64,000 nt of DNA, taken from contig JAHPZH010000001.1 in assembly GCA_019058315.1 (NCBI GenBank), positions 663,536 through 727,535 on the forward strand, given 5' to 3'. The notes beneath the pieces are model-generated. The model ran no database searches, was not told the DNA's origin, and saw nothing but the letters and a program-made list of their open reading frames with translations. This DNA is from Candidatus Helarchaeota archaeon. GTDB taxonomy: Archaea > Asgardarchaeota > Lokiarchaeia > Helarchaeales > RDOG01. Shown one piece after another: positions 29,212-41,712 of this stretch. The translations under genes were made by a program, and so were the position numbers. The first letter of the stretch is position 1. Each line of letters opens with the position of its first letter.

Positions 29212-31800
29212 CGAACTAGCTTGCTTTATCCAACTTTCTAAATCTTTCAAACTAGGTAATCTGCTTACATCATTATGAGTTGAATTATAAGTTTCAATCT
29301 TATCAAGCAAATCTCTGGGATCTCCCGTATAGTTTCGTAAAGCATCTAAATCTACGCCTATTTCTACTAACAAATCGCTATATTGGCTTCCGATACCTTT
29401 AATTTTGTATAATTCCGCCATTTTTTTCCAGCGGGGCAAATTATATAAAAATTCTGCGATTTCTTCCTCAGTTAATCCATCTACATTAAACCTATATTCA
29501 ATATCCTTTAAATCTGTATTAATAAGGTCTCCAAGTTTAATAATTCCAATTTTTGCTAATCGAACCGTTATGGTTTGATTTAATCCCTCCAAATCACTGA
29601 CCGATATGTATTTAATTTTATCGATTTTATCTTCGTATTTTTCAACAAAAGTAATTCTCTCTAATGAAAGTGGTTTAATTACGGTTGAAGAACACCATGC
29701 GTTAGAAGTTATACCGTCCCTAGGAGTAGGAACATGGCAATTTTGAGGTAATAATGATATAGGTTGCCCTCCACCTTTCACTGTTTTTTCGTCAAACTGC
29801 AAAACTAATGCGTCATCTAAAATTTCATCCTTTAAATGCTTTTTAAATTGTCCATAATCTTCAAATAAATAGAGATATTGCAATTTCTCTTCTTTCATTA
29901 TTAATGCTTGACACTCGGGACAAACGATGTCCGTCATATCCTCCATAATGCTCTTCATTCTTGTACGACATGATGATTCACTTAAATCTTCAATTAAAAC
30001 TTTAACTGCAGGAATATTTGCTGGTAATACTGTCCTTTCGCCACAGACAACACAATAAAATGTTTTAGGGTCATTAAGCGATAAATATTCCTCGTAAATG
30101 ATAGCGGGTAATGGGGTATAGACAATGTCAACAGCATGGGAGAAAAATGCGATAAATTGTTTCCAATTAATAAAATCCATTCCAATTGCTGTGAATTTAA
30201 CTCTTGTTACCTGTTTATCAACATTTCTAGTATCTAGCCAAAACTCCTTCCAGTGCACATCAGTTGCAGTAAATGGAATCATTCGAACATCCTTTGAAGG
30301 ATTTCGCAAATCAATTAAAAAGTCAACTCTTTCACAATCTGGCATTTCATGTTTAAGATGCCACCGTTGAGCATTCATTCTAAGGTCAAACCACCAAAAC
30401 CAAATTCTTAAAACAACGAAATCATCACTAAAAAATCGAAATATTTCTGCAGTTGTCATCAGTAACGGATCATTAAAAACAGCTGACGTTAATCTTCCTT
30501 TTAATTCTCCAATTTGGTGTAGATCCCCATTAAATTTATAAAATACTCGAGCTTCCCCATCGGGATAAGATCGAACAACAATATTAGAGATTTTATCATG
30601 ATTTTTTACTGGAAAATATTTTATTTTCCATGGAGGCCACCATCTAGGATAATATTCAGGAATCATATTACCTTCAAATGTGATTTCTCGATATTCTTCC
30701 TTAAAGTATAAGAAACCTACTGTTTTCATTCCGTATTCGTATTTATAATTGGGATGAATGGGACAAAGAGGATCGTTAATATCTGGTATTTGTTTTTCCT
30801 CTTTTGGTCTTATGGCTTCGGGATATTTTAATTGAACTGTAAGTGTGGCAAGTAAATTTTCTTCACTTTTTGAAATTTCTTCAATTGCCTCAAAGGTAAC
30901 CGAATAATCAATTTGTTCCTTAATTGCTCTATCATGATGTCTGAGAAAGAAAAAAGCATATGATTCTGCAGGAGGATTAAACATGACAAAGCCCTGTTTC
31001 TTTCCCCCTCCAAATAAAGCAATAATACCTTTTCTAAGGTCATGTTCTATATTTTCATTATCCATTCCACAAATATAATTGCTCCATTCAACATTTTCAG
31101 CATAATAAAAAGTTGATATCTTAGGTCTGATTATAAGTTTTGTAACTGGTTCATTTACTAATATTCGAAGACGAACTGATGTAATACCCAAAAATGGAAG
31201 ATATTCAATATAATTATCCTCATTTTTTTTACCATAATTTTCTAATAGAAGTTCTACTTTTGGTTTTTTTTCTTCAATTTCTTTTTTTCCTTCCTTATCC
31301 TCCTTTTTTCTTTTCTTTTTCTGCTCCTTCTCAAGGGATTTTTCGGTTTTTTCTACTTCTTTATTATATTTTTCTCGATATTCTTTGAGTTCTTTTCTGA
31401 TTTTTAATCCAAAGTCTTCGATTTTACGGTGAAGCTCTTTCCATGGATAGATATCAATCGCGAATTTACGTTCGATTTTTTCATCTGGATCAAGTTTAAA
31501 AATAATATTTTCTAAAAAGTCTAGGTTTTTTTCGACTATCGTTAATTCAAGGTCTAATAATCTAAAGTTCTTTTTCTTTAAATGATTTTTAATCCTCTTT
31601 TTCACTCTATCTTCTATAAAATTGGAACTTTGTTCATAAAATACATCATAAATTTCTTTTTTTAACATTAAACTTTTTTCTGAGGACTGATCTTCTAATT
31701 TTGAATATAATTCTAATGCATACGTAAAATACCTATCTTCAATTGTATCTTTAATTTCAATCATCAATTTTTGGTCTTGATGGTCTTGCATTTTATCCAA
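29206..31800 (-). CDS. Large hypothetical protein with zinc-binding CxxC pair and C-terminal DUF4332 (HhH) domain
   Basis: CVVC...CPEC; C-terminal LYKIKGIGSQYSDLLVEIGV...RLPSLKDLESWIKQA. Confidence 0.75.
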   Translation of the reverse strand: MDKMQDHQDQKLMIEIKDTIEDRYFTYALELYSKLEDQSSEKSLMLKKEIYDVFYEQSSNFIEDRVKKRIKNHLKKKNFRLLDLELTIVEKNLDFLENIIFKLDPDEKIERKFAIDIYPWKELHRKIEDFGLKIRKELKEYREKYNKEVEKTEKSLEKEQKKKRKKEDKEGKKEIEEKKPKVELLLENYGKKNEDNYIEYLPFLGITSVRLRILVNEPVTKLIIRPKISTFYYAENVEWSNYICGMDNENIEHDLRKGIIALFGGGKKQGFVMFNPPAESYAFFFLRHHDRAIKEQIDYSVTFEAIEEISKSEENLLATLTVQLKYPEAIRPKEEKQIPDINDPLCPIHPNYKYEYGMKTVGFLYFKEEYREITFEGNMIPEYYPRWWPPWKIKYFPVKNHDKISNIVVRSYPDGEARVFYKFNGDLHQIGELKGRLTSAVFNDPLLMTTAEIFRFFSDDFVVLRIWFWWFDLRMNAQRWHLKHEMPDCERVDFLIDLRNPSKDVRMIPFTATDVHWKEFWLDTRNVDKQVTRVKFTAIGMDFINWKQFIAFFSHAVDIVYTPLPAIIYEEYLSLNDPKTFYCVVCGERTVLPANIPAVKVLIEDLSESSCRTRMKSIMEDMTDIVCPECQALIMKEEKLQYLYLFEDYGQFKKHLKDEILDDALVLQFDEKTVKGGGQPISLLPQNCHVPTPRDGITSNAWCSSTVIKPLSLERITFVEKYEDKIDKIKYISVSDLEGLNQTITVRLAKIGIIKLGDLINTDLKDIEYRFNVDGLTEEEIAEFLYNLPRWKKMAELYKIKGIGSQYSDLLVEIGVDLDALRNYTGDPRDLLDKIETYNSTHNDVSRLPSLKDLESWIKQASSL

Positions 31801-31957
31801 CCTTCCTCAAATTGGAATTTAGTAAATTTTTTTCATGAAATTATTTGTGAATATAATTTTATTTTATAATATCGAAGATAACCAATATATAATATTATTC
31901 ATGATAATTTCTTTTATATAAAAAAATTCGAAATATTCGGATTCTAGGAGAAAAAAA

Positions 31958-32914
31958 ATGTTTGACGTTATAACTTTTGGAGAAGCTATGATTCGACTTT
32001 CTCCTCCTAATTTTGAACGATTAGAAAATGCAGTTTCTTTAGATTTAAAAATCGGAGGGTCGGAAGCAAATGTCGCAATTGCCTTGGCACGCTTAAAACT
32101 AAAAACTAGTTGGTATTCAAAGCTAACCGATAATTCTCTGGGTCGAAGAATAGAAAATGAGATTAGAAAATGGAATGTCGATACTAATCATCTAATTTGG
32201 ACAGCAGATTCTAGAGTTGGATTATATTTTTTAGAATTTGGTAGTAAACCGAGACCCTCTAAAGTGATTTATGATAGAAAAAATTCTGCTATTTCAAATA
32301 TTTCAAAGAATGAAATAGATTGGAACTATTTAGGAGATACAAAATTATTTCATACTTCTGGAATAACTCTTGCATTAAGTGAAAATTGTAGAGAAGTAGT
32401 ATCTTCCATTTTAGATTTTTGTAAATCAAAAAATATCATAACTTCCTTTGATATTAATTATAGATCAAAATTATGGACTATAAAAGAAGCAAGGGACAAG
32501 TTGGAACCGATTTTAAGCAAAATTGATATAATAATAAGTTCAGAAAATGATATAGATCTCATATTTGGATATAAAGGCGATTTTAAGGAAAAAGCTAAAA
32601 AAATTAAGAATGAATTCAAACCAAAAGTTGTTGCTCTTACCAGAGGTCCAGAATCACCATTGATTCTTGATGAAACTGGAAAAATTCTATTGGGAACTGG
32701 AAATCGTCCTAATCTAATTGATAGGATTGGGGCAAGCGATGCTTTTGCGGGAGGGATAATTTATGGCTATCTAAAAAATGACATTGAAAAAGGATTACAA
32801 TATGCCGAGGCTATGTCAGCACTAAAATTTTCAATACCTGGTGATTTTGCAATTATTAATATTGAAGAAATTGAGGAGTTCATAAAAACAAAAAAATCTA
32901 CAATCGATAGATAA
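31958..32914 (+). CDS. kdgK: PfkB-family sugar kinase, 2-keto-3-deoxygluconate kinase-like
   Basis: FGEAMIRL, GGSEANVA, RVGLYFLE, YDRKNSA, SFDINYRSKLW, DRIGASDAFAGG. Confidence 0.85.
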   Translation: MFDVITFGEAMIRLSPPNFERLENAVSLDLKIGGSEANVAIALARLKLKTSWYSKLTDNSLGRRIENEIRKWNVDTNHLIWTADSRVGLYFLEFGSKPRPSKVIYDRKNSAISNISKNEIDWNYLGDTKLFHTSGITLALSENCREVVSSILDFCKSKNIITSFDINYRSKLWTIKEARDKLEPILSKIDIIISSENDIDLIFGYKGDFKEKAKKIKNEFKPKVVALTRGPESPLILDETGKILLGTGNRPNLIDRIGASDAFAGGIIYGYLKNDIEKGLQYAEAMSALKFSIPGDFAIINIEEIEEFIKTKKSTIDR

Positions 32915-32926
32915 AGGTATGAGAAA

Positions 32927-35900
32927 TTAATTTTCGAATATTTTTTGAACAAATTTATCTATTTTTGAAAAAACCTCTATATCTCCCATATAATTTTTAA
33001 ATTCTTCTTCAAAAAACTCTTCAACTATTTGAATTAATTCTTTTAATTTATTTTGTAATGTAATTAAATTTTCGTCTGTTATTAAAGCAGCACTTACATA
33101 TCTACCGTGTTCGAGGAGGATTGTTGCCTCTTCTTGTTCAACTATTTTTATTTTTGTCTTATCTAAAGTTAATTCTTGCAATAAAGCGGATATTCCTGTT
33201 AATCCTCCTGCAACTAATTGCGACTCAAGCTCATCTACCTCTTCCACCTCTCTAAACGATTTACTATAAATACATGTTCCATTCGGCATGATAAAATAGA
33301 TTTGATGGATTCTTTTTGGCCAATTTAATTCGGATTCTGTTGCTAAATCTGTTCTTTGCATCTCGTCAATATCAATTGAGGAACTTATTTCGCTGGGACT
33401 AGCAGGAGCTGAAATTCCAATACTGCTGGCTGAAATTGCAGGTTTCTCAATAAGATTTAGTGCAGATGTAAGTATTGCTCTTTCATCTTTAATCATTTTT
33501 AAATGTTTTAAAATCTCATCTCTTTTTTGTTTGTATCCTGCGTCAGTAAAAATTTTTAATGCGTTATTGAGATAAGTTATGGCAATATTCAAATATTGAT
33601 TCTTTTTAGAAAAGTCCATTACATTATCAGATTGAATCAGATGCCATAATCCATCAAAATAAGTCGATGTTGCTAAAGCCCATTGGGCATCTTGTTTAAA
33701 TCCACCCATTTGATATTGTTTTGATGATTCTCGTAAGTACATTTTTATTCTTTTATAATAATCAGTTTTTTCTATTAAATCGATGGATTGGTCAAAACGA
33801 CTTCCATATTCAAGAGCTGAGCAAAAAAGTGAATTTCCTAATGATAATTTTTTCATTCTACTTTCTGGAAAATGTGTGCTTGCATCTTTAAACAAATCAG
33901 AAGCTACACCATAAAGTGATGGTTTTTGATCTACTTCCGCTCGCTCCATATTTTCCCAAGCTTGACATAGATAAAAAATTGCTTTTAATTCTTCTCCTTC
34001 AGTTTTAATTGTTTTAGAGATATTTTCAAAAAGAGTACCTGCTTTATTATAAAGTTCGGCAGCAAGGAGATGATTTCCACTTTTACTTTCTAATCTTGCT
34101 TGCTCAATCTGTTGACGAGCAATACAATAGGTCACTCTATATTCCGCAACTTGAATTAATTTTGAAATTCTATCTATTTCCTCTAAAATTTTCTTTTTTC
34201 CAAGAGTTGTATTGAGGACTTCAATTGCTTCTTGAAAATTAACCTTGGCAACTAAATAGGTTGCGGCTGCTTCCTGATGTTTATTTATTTTGCTTAATTT
34301 TTCTGCTTTTTCTAAAGTTGACCATGCAAAATAGAAAGGAGCTTCAAATCTATACTCACGAATATCCTTTAATATGTAACTTGCTTGTTCGTAATTTAAT
34401 TGTGCATTTTGATGGTCTTCATTTGCATGATAAGATTTAGCAAATTCAATAATTTTCCAAGCGTTGACATAATTTTTTAATTTTTCAATTCTTTTACCTA
34501 ATTTCGTAAAAGTAAGCGTCATGATTGCGTTATCAAATGAATTAATCGCATTCTTATAATTATCTGCCGCAGAGAGGTAGTTTCCTAAACGATCATCAAT
34601 TTGTGCTGCCTTTACATAAGCCGAACCTACTAAATTAAAATAACCCTTGTTTTTACAATACTCTATCGTATCCATATGCGTCGAATAAGATTGATTAATT
34701 AATTTATCATCATCTGTTAGTCTTCCCAACTCGTAGTAAATATCTCCTAATATGAATAGATGTTCGATATATAAAAAAGCAGCTTCTTGTTTTTTGCTTT
34801 GTGTTAAAAGTTCAATTGCTTTTTCATAATATTTAACAATATCTGATTTTATTGAGGAATTTATTGCCAGATAAATTGCGGCTCTGGAAGTAGACATTAG
34901 AAAAATTGAATAATAATACGTATTTTGAATTCTCTCAATTTTATATTTAAATATATTATCAAAAATCTTAGATGCCATCTGTAAATATTTAGAACTCTCT
35001 TGTATATCTTTAGACAAATCCCCAATTATTGCATAATTCGTACTCATAGCTATATCTCTTGTCAAATTATATATTTTATAACTGGGATTCATGACTATTG
35101 ATGAAAGTTCAATTGATATTCGATTAATTAAATCTGCAGATTTTTTAGAAAAATCAATACGTTGCATGTCCGGAATTGTTGGGCTAATTGCAATCATACC
35201 AACTACAGCTGCTGATACAAAAACAACATTTGCCACCATTATCTTTGGAAAGTATAAAGAAATAGAATCTATACATCTATCTAAATCATCCATGACACGT
35301 TTAAAATCAGCACTAAAATAACCTAAATATATTGACATTACTGCATTGGAGAAACGAACAAAATAGAATAAAGTTAAAAATTGATTAGCATTAGTTTTGT
35401 GCAATAATAGTTCCGCTTTTTTTATAGAATTTTGAGATGATTTTAAGACTTTTTTTAAAAGAAATTGATTATCTACATATAATAGAGAAAAAAACATATA
35501 TAATACAGAATATATCGAGTATGCGTTAAATAAACATAGCGTTTTATCTGAATTTTCAAATTTTTCGATAAATTCTTTAACTATTTCCTGATTATCTGTG
35601 AGATATTGCTTCTTTATTAAATTATCGGCAGGTAAATATGCAAATGTGAGGTGACAAAATTCCACGATACTGAGCAAATAATATTGTAGGTAAATTTCAG
35701 GAAAATCTTGTAGGTTTTTTAATTCTTCCCATATTTTTTTTGTAAGATTATCATGCTCCAGAGCCAATTCCTTAAAATCCGTATTTTCGTCAAGTCGGAT
35801 TATTTTCTCACTAATAATTAAATTCAATGCGTTACTTTCAAAAATGACCATTTTTAAAGAGTCTATTAATTTTCCATTTTTTATATTAAGTAATTTAGCC

Positions 35901-36310
35901 TCCTTAAAATGGTTTTTCGCTGAAAATAATAAAAATTCTTCATTTCCTTTTTCAAATTCAATAATATATTTTAGAAAGTTAATGAATCCCATAGTAGCAT
36001 TTATTTTTTCGACGTTGTTTAACTCTTTAAATATTATAAGAGCTTTTTGAAAACTTGAGATTGATAATTGATAACTCTTTAACACATCTTCTTCGATTTT
36101 TTCGAAATTTGCAGCCATCTGATAAATTTCGCCCAATCTATAATTTGCGTCACCTGATAATTCTTTATATTTTTGCTCAGAACTGATTTTTCTCGCTTCT
36201 TCTAAATGATTTATTGCATCTTTCCAGTTATATTTACGTTCGTCTTCTGTTGCTTTGGTAAATAATTCTTTTACTTGCTGTAAAATTTCATCTCGTGACA
36301 ATTCTGACAT
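32927..36310 (-). CDS. Large TPR/alpha-solenoid protein with C-terminal longin-like domain
   Basis: Repeated helical motifs (AADNYKNA, AAELYNKA); C-terminal IYFIMPNGTCIYSKSF...SQLVAGGLTGISALLQEL...ILLEHG. Confidence 0.8.
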   Translation of the reverse strand: MSELSRDEILQQVKELFTKATEDERKYNWKDAINHLEEARKISSEQKYKELSGDANYRLGEIYQMAANFEKIEEDVLKSYQLSISSFQKALIIFKELNNVEKINATMGFINFLKYIIEFEKGNEEFLLFSAKNHFKEAKLLNIKNGKLIDSLKMVIFESNALNLIISEKIIRLDENTDFKELALEHDNLTKKIWEELKNLQDFPEIYLQYYLLSIVEFCHLTFAYLPADNLIKKQYLTDNQEIVKEFIEKFENSDKTLCLFNAYSIYSVLYMFFSLLYVDNQFLLKKVLKSSQNSIKKAELLLHKTNANQFLTLFYFVRFSNAVMSIYLGYFSADFKRVMDDLDRCIDSISLYFPKIMVANVVFVSAAVVGMIAISPTIPDMQRIDFSKKSADLINRISIELSSIVMNPSYKIYNLTRDIAMSTNYAIIGDLSKDIQESSKYLQMASKIFDNIFKYKIERIQNTYYYSIFLMSTSRAAIYLAINSSIKSDIVKYYEKAIELLTQSKKQEAAFLYIEHLFILGDIYYELGRLTDDDKLINQSYSTHMDTIEYCKNKGYFNLVGSAYVKAAQIDDRLGNYLSAADNYKNAINSFDNAIMTLTFTKLGKRIEKLKNYVNAWKIIEFAKSYHANEDHQNAQLNYEQASYILKDIREYRFEAPFYFAWSTLEKAEKLSKINKHQEAAATYLVAKVNFQEAIEVLNTTLGKKKILEEIDRISKLIQVAEYRVTYCIARQQIEQARLESKSGNHLLAAELYNKAGTLFENISKTIKTEGEELKAIFYLCQAWENMERAEVDQKPSLYGVASDLFKDASTHFPESRMKKLSLGNSLFCSALEYGSRFDQSIDLIEKTDYYKRIKMYLRESSKQYQMGGFKQDAQWALATSTYFDGLWHLIQSDNVMDFSKKNQYLNIAITYLNNALKIFTDAGYKQKRDEILKHLKMIKDERAILTSALNLIEKPAISASSIGISAPASPSEISSSIDIDEMQRTDLATESELNWPKRIHQIYFIMPNGTCIYSKSFREVEEVDELESQLVAGGLTGISALLQELTLDKTKIKIVEQEEATILLEHGRYVSAALITDENLITLQNKLKELIQIVEEFFEEEFKNYMGDIEVFSKIDKFVQKIFEN

Positions 36311-36577
36311 TATTTGAAAATCCGCTCTCAGTTATCTTAATTTAAATAAATATTTCTCAAATATAAAAAGATACAATACAACAATTGTCTAGAAAAATGG
36401 ATATTTCAACTCAAGGAAATCTAAGAAGTAATAAACTTTTATAGTAAAACTCTTAAAACTAAGGATTGAAATTTAAATTGAAAAAGTGTATTTATTCTAT
36501 CATTTTCTTTCTAGATGAGTAAATATCTTCTCAAACACTGTTATAATAAAATAAAAGAATATTTGGTTGGGATAATA

Positions 36578-39500
36578 ATGAAAAAAATCGCGAAAATTAG
36601 TTCAAGTATAGTAATTCTTGCTCTTTTATTAGGTCTCTTTGTTAACCTTCCTAATTGGAATCAATCCAATATAATTACTCTACCATTTCCTAATTCAGAA
36701 AGTCAACTCACTGTTAAATATGATATATGGTCAGATGGTGCTATATGGCATATAAGTGGAGACACAGACCTTGCAGCTGCTTCCACTGATCCTACCTATG
36801 GGGGCGGTGGATATGGTAATTCTACCCACCCTTATATAATTGAGAATGTTACTTATAATGTATATACACAGAATGCACATGGAATCACGATTCGCGATAC
36901 TTCCAAGCATTTCATTCTAAGGAATTGCTACATGTATGCCCCAAAAAGATGGAATGATGGACCTAACCCGTACGGGGGATTCTTGTTCTTAAACGTGACA
37001 AATGGACTTGTTAACAGTTGCAAAGTCACCGGTTATCCCTTATTCACTGCTACGCATCCTACGTTGTTTGCATTTTGGGCTGAACAGTGTTTCAATTTAA
37101 CATTTGATAACTGTGAGGTGAGTAACATCGATTATCTCAGCCGATTTTGTCCGGTTTACCTAGGATTTGCCATTTACACTGGTAATAATAATATCACGAT
37201 AAAAAACTGTGATATACAATGCTCACAAGGGATGGAGCTTTATTGTTCCTCAAATCTTACCATTCAAGGTAATAATATTGGCGGACCCTCAGGTCTTCCC
37301 ATAGAACAGGACATGGCAGAGATAAAAAACGGGATTATTGTAACAAAAACTAATAATAGCCTCATAGAAGATAATGATTTTGATTATTTTGGTAATACTA
37401 ATGATTATACATGTGGTATTAGTCTTGGTACTACAGAAAATAATATAATTGTAAATAATTACATTCCCCAACCCTATGAGGGTAGACAAATTATAGAATA
37501 CACGAGTGGTGTTGATAACTCATTTATAAAATTAGAATCACCTACAGATAATACGGATTATGTGGGGCCCGAAGCACCCTCACCGGGTTATTACACCAAT
37601 TCGGAAGGTTTTGAAAGACTTGGGGATATGACCTATCCATGGGGTGAACCATATACATCTGAATCAATTTGGAAGCATTATATAGGAGCAAATTCCACTT
37701 TAGCGATTATCCCAAACAAAACGGATGCAGGGGGAAATGACCATAAAAAGGTACTAGAATGCTACAATTGGGAGGGAATCTCATACTATGTTGACAAGCG
37801 GCTAGACAATCCGCTATCAATACCTCTCTCGGGAACCTATGAATTTTGGTTTGCAAAAGAGGATTCGGGATCTGGAACCGTCGCATTTCAGTTTTATCAT
37901 GAGATTCCTGAAGTTACATTAGAAAATACATCTGAGATTATGTTAGAAGGTGGTTTGTTTAAGTATCGGGATAATGTTACACTGGTCAATACAGGCATCC
38001 CAGTAGCGGAAGACAAGTGGTATAGGCTTTCGATCGATTTTTGTGCTGATAGTAGTTCATATGAAGGCCTACCCTCAAATCACTGTCAGTTTCGTATTCA
38101 TGATTCAGATGGACATAGATTATTATACCGCTCTCCAGCTATCGAATTTTTGAATGAATCTATCGATCATTTTAGGGTTACAACTCAAACCAGTGGGAGT
38201 TCAAATCTCACAGTATTTATTGATGCGCCAGGATTTTCATGGGATCCAAGTTATGAAGTAGGTGATAATGCGGATGAAGGAATACTCCTTAATTTTACCT
38301 ATCAACAAGATGGAGTCTGGGATTATTCTTTAGCATATTCAGTTGATGGTCAACCAGAGATAAGTGATCCTATTCATTTTGAATGGTTAGCTGCTGGCAA
38401 AAAAGTCATCCCGTTACCAGATTCAGATGGTACGCATTCCATTCAATTAAAATGTAATGCTACAGTCTATTATACTATGTTTAATTATGCTCCTTCTACT
38501 TATCTCTCGAAAACAAAATCATTTACGATTAGTTATTATAACACCTATTTGGATATTATCGAGCACACGGAAAATGGCGAAGTATTTCCTCCGGGATTGC
38601 TCGGTCTGACAACTGCTGAAGATTTAATGGTTAATATGACCTATAAAACCCGGCTCGGGACCGCCCCAGACACGATGGATACGTGGACGAATGTCTCTTG
38701 GTACTATAAAATTAATAACAACCCTTGGAATGGACCTTACAACCTGGGCTATTGGTACGGGCTCAAAAATGTGAGTTTTGTCATAAGTAACACTTCGTAT
38801 AACGCCTTTGACCATATTTATTACTATTTAGCATTCGAACAGTATGATAATGACAGTAAATATCTCGATAGCTATTATTGGACTGGAGATTCTCATCAGC
38901 AAGGAGCCTTTCAATATGATGAATGGGAAGCCCAGTCAACCGCGTTTCATAAGAAGGTCGCACCCATTGCTTATGATTTGTCGTTGAATTATAGCGTGTT
39001 TTTCCATTCCCAAGTAGAAACTACTCTCCCCCACGTGGGAGGGTATAATGATACAGCATATCCAATGTTGGGTATTACAAATGGAGAAATTCAGGTCGAT
39101 TTTCATAATCTCACAAGCACCCTGACCAATTATAGCGTTGTGTGTTTAAATAACCAAACTAATTTGAATCATACAATGGATCAAGCCTCGAGCAACATTT
39201 CTACCACTGTTTCACCCATATTTAATTATGACCAGGGAATTAAAAGCCCATTTATATTACCTTTAACCTTACCGTTGACAGTGAATGATAATTATACCTT
39301 TCCAGTGATGTGGTTTGATGGGCTTGATTCTGACCGCAATTTGACCTTTACTGGAGATCTTCTCAATTTAACATATCGCGGTGAAGAGGAATTTTGGCCG
39401 TATTCCTGGCGTACAGCATTGAAATTCAGCTCGGATGATAATAAACACATCATTCGTTACGACAAATTCACAAAAATAATGATTTATTATGAATCACTCA

Positions 39501-41712
39501 ACGATACAATCCCTAATGCGACTCAAAAAATGGTCTTTGCCCTTGTAGAAAACAATGCTGATTATCCAAGTAACTTGTATATAGAGACTCGTGCCGAGGT
39601 CGTCTATGAGGATATATATATCATTCCTGACCACCTTCTGGCAATTGTATACGATCCACCAGGAGATCATAGTTATGGTCAATTCAAATCAGGAACAACA
39701 ACTACAGTAGGTTTTCAAGTCGATACTGAAGTTGTAGTGGAAGAAGAGTTTCAATTCGATTTAAATATTCTTGGATTTGAGGTTTCGGATTATATCCAAG
39801 ATGAAATTGGATGTGAAGATTATCATAACGTAGAAGTGGATGGCAAAACATACGAAACAGTCGCAGAAATTACATTTCAGAAAACTTTAACCTCTTCAAC
39901 TTTTTCTGACAATGCATCATTCATTGGTCATGGGGGCGGAGATCTCTATTATGGTTCCGGGCTCCTTGTACATTATTATGTAATGCAATACTTTGATTAT
40001 ATCGTAATTGGCAATGAATCTCAAATGACTGTGGAAGAATCTAAAGATCCTCCAAATCAACAATTAGATGATATTTTAGTTTGGAATGGAACTTTCTGGG
40101 TGGATTATTTACTGAATTTAAATTCTACCTTCAGCGTACTTGGTGCATATCTCGATGATTATAATCATCAAATTGGAAATGATAACTATAGCTTATCAAC
40201 ACTTTTAGCTGATAATATTTTTGTAGATAATGAACTTCTTGGAGATGAGCTTGATCATGTGGAGATACTTCCAGAATCACCAGTCTTTTGGACCCCAGGT
40301 ACTTATACTGAATATTTATCATCCATGACAGAAACTACTTCTGAGGTTAGATATTCTGTAAGAACAGAAATTCCTGAATCAAAGGCGTTCGAATATGGTA
40401 ATAGTTTATCTGGCGGGCCTGGGGGGACATGTGTGGGTATACTTGGCTGGGGTGTAAATTTTGATATGACAACAACAATAACCACTACCACATTAGATAC
40501 TACAGCAACCGAAACAAATGAAGAGATTCTCTGCCATCTTGAGGATGACGATGGGATGCCTATAGGGCTCCATGATCAATTTCTTATTGACATATATAAA
40601 GATAGACGATTTAATACATTTGGATTCATTATTCATGAAAATCAATCTTATTCTTCTTCTCCATTCGAGAATTTTAGTCGCGACCGCCGACCACCTCTGA
40701 ACTGTTTGATGTCCCAGCTTATCTCCAAGGGAATGTAACCTTACATTGTGCTGCTGTAGATGATGAAACTGGTGTCGATTACGTGAAATTCTACTATGAT
40801 GATGATCCAGTTTTTGGTGCTGATTCTCAACTAATTCCAACCGAAACCATGCCCAACGTGTATGGTACTGTCTATAATGCAACGACGATCGATGTGTATG
40901 ATTTACCGTGGAATACAAGCGCTTTCCATGGAACATATTACCTATTTGCTGTAACATACGACAGTGCTGACCCTCTAGCAAACTATCTTGTTTCGTCAGT
41001 ATATACAGTTGAGATTGATAACGTTCTTCCGACAGTCTGTCAGGCACGCGTATACGGACCATATACTGGTGCAATTTCTCTCTATGCCAATGTTTGGGAC
41101 GCAGATTCTGGGATAGATTATGTGGAATATTGGGATGGAGACCCCACAAATCCCAATAGTACGTTACTTGGGATGAGTTTCGATGCTAGTAGTTCCTATA
41201 GCTTTGCCTGGGCGACCGACCCTAGCGGATTGGATGATGGTCTACATTATATTTACGCCCGTGCCTATGATGAAGCTGGAAACTACCTCGATTCAACATC
41301 ATTCGAGATAAATGTGTATTCCCATGCCCCGTCGGAGCCCATCGATCCGTTATATTTGATTGGAGGTTTGATGGCAGGTACGATGGGAGATATGACAAAA
41401 GATTTGATTATATTTACATTAATAGGTGCTTTAGTTGTCTTTGCAAGCGTTATGACAGTGATGGTATGGAAATCGCGTAAACCCTCAACCTTACCTTCCA
41501 AATCGAAAGCTGAACTATCTACCAAACAACCACTTGATATTTTAAAAACAAGATTGGCGATGGGTGAAATTACGCAAGATGAATACATCCAAAATAAGAA
41601 ATTGATAGAAGAATCGGATACTTCAGTTGACCAGACATCTACTACTAAAAAAGCTCCACCAGATCCAAATAAAAGTATCAAAAAATCAGCTAAAAAAGCC
41701 CGCAAACGCTGA
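36578..41712 (+). pseudogene. Giant membrane-anchored surface protein (beta-helix, beta-sandwich and Ig-like domains, TM, SHOCT) split by one frameshift near 40690
   Basis: ORFs 36515..40738 and 40783..41712 join: frame 2 is open from 40678 and reads TSELFDVPAYLQGNVTLHCAAVDDETGVDYVKFYY (Ig-like domain start). Signal peptide from ATG 36578; SHOCT motif LDILKTRLAMGEITQDEY. Confidence 0.75.
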
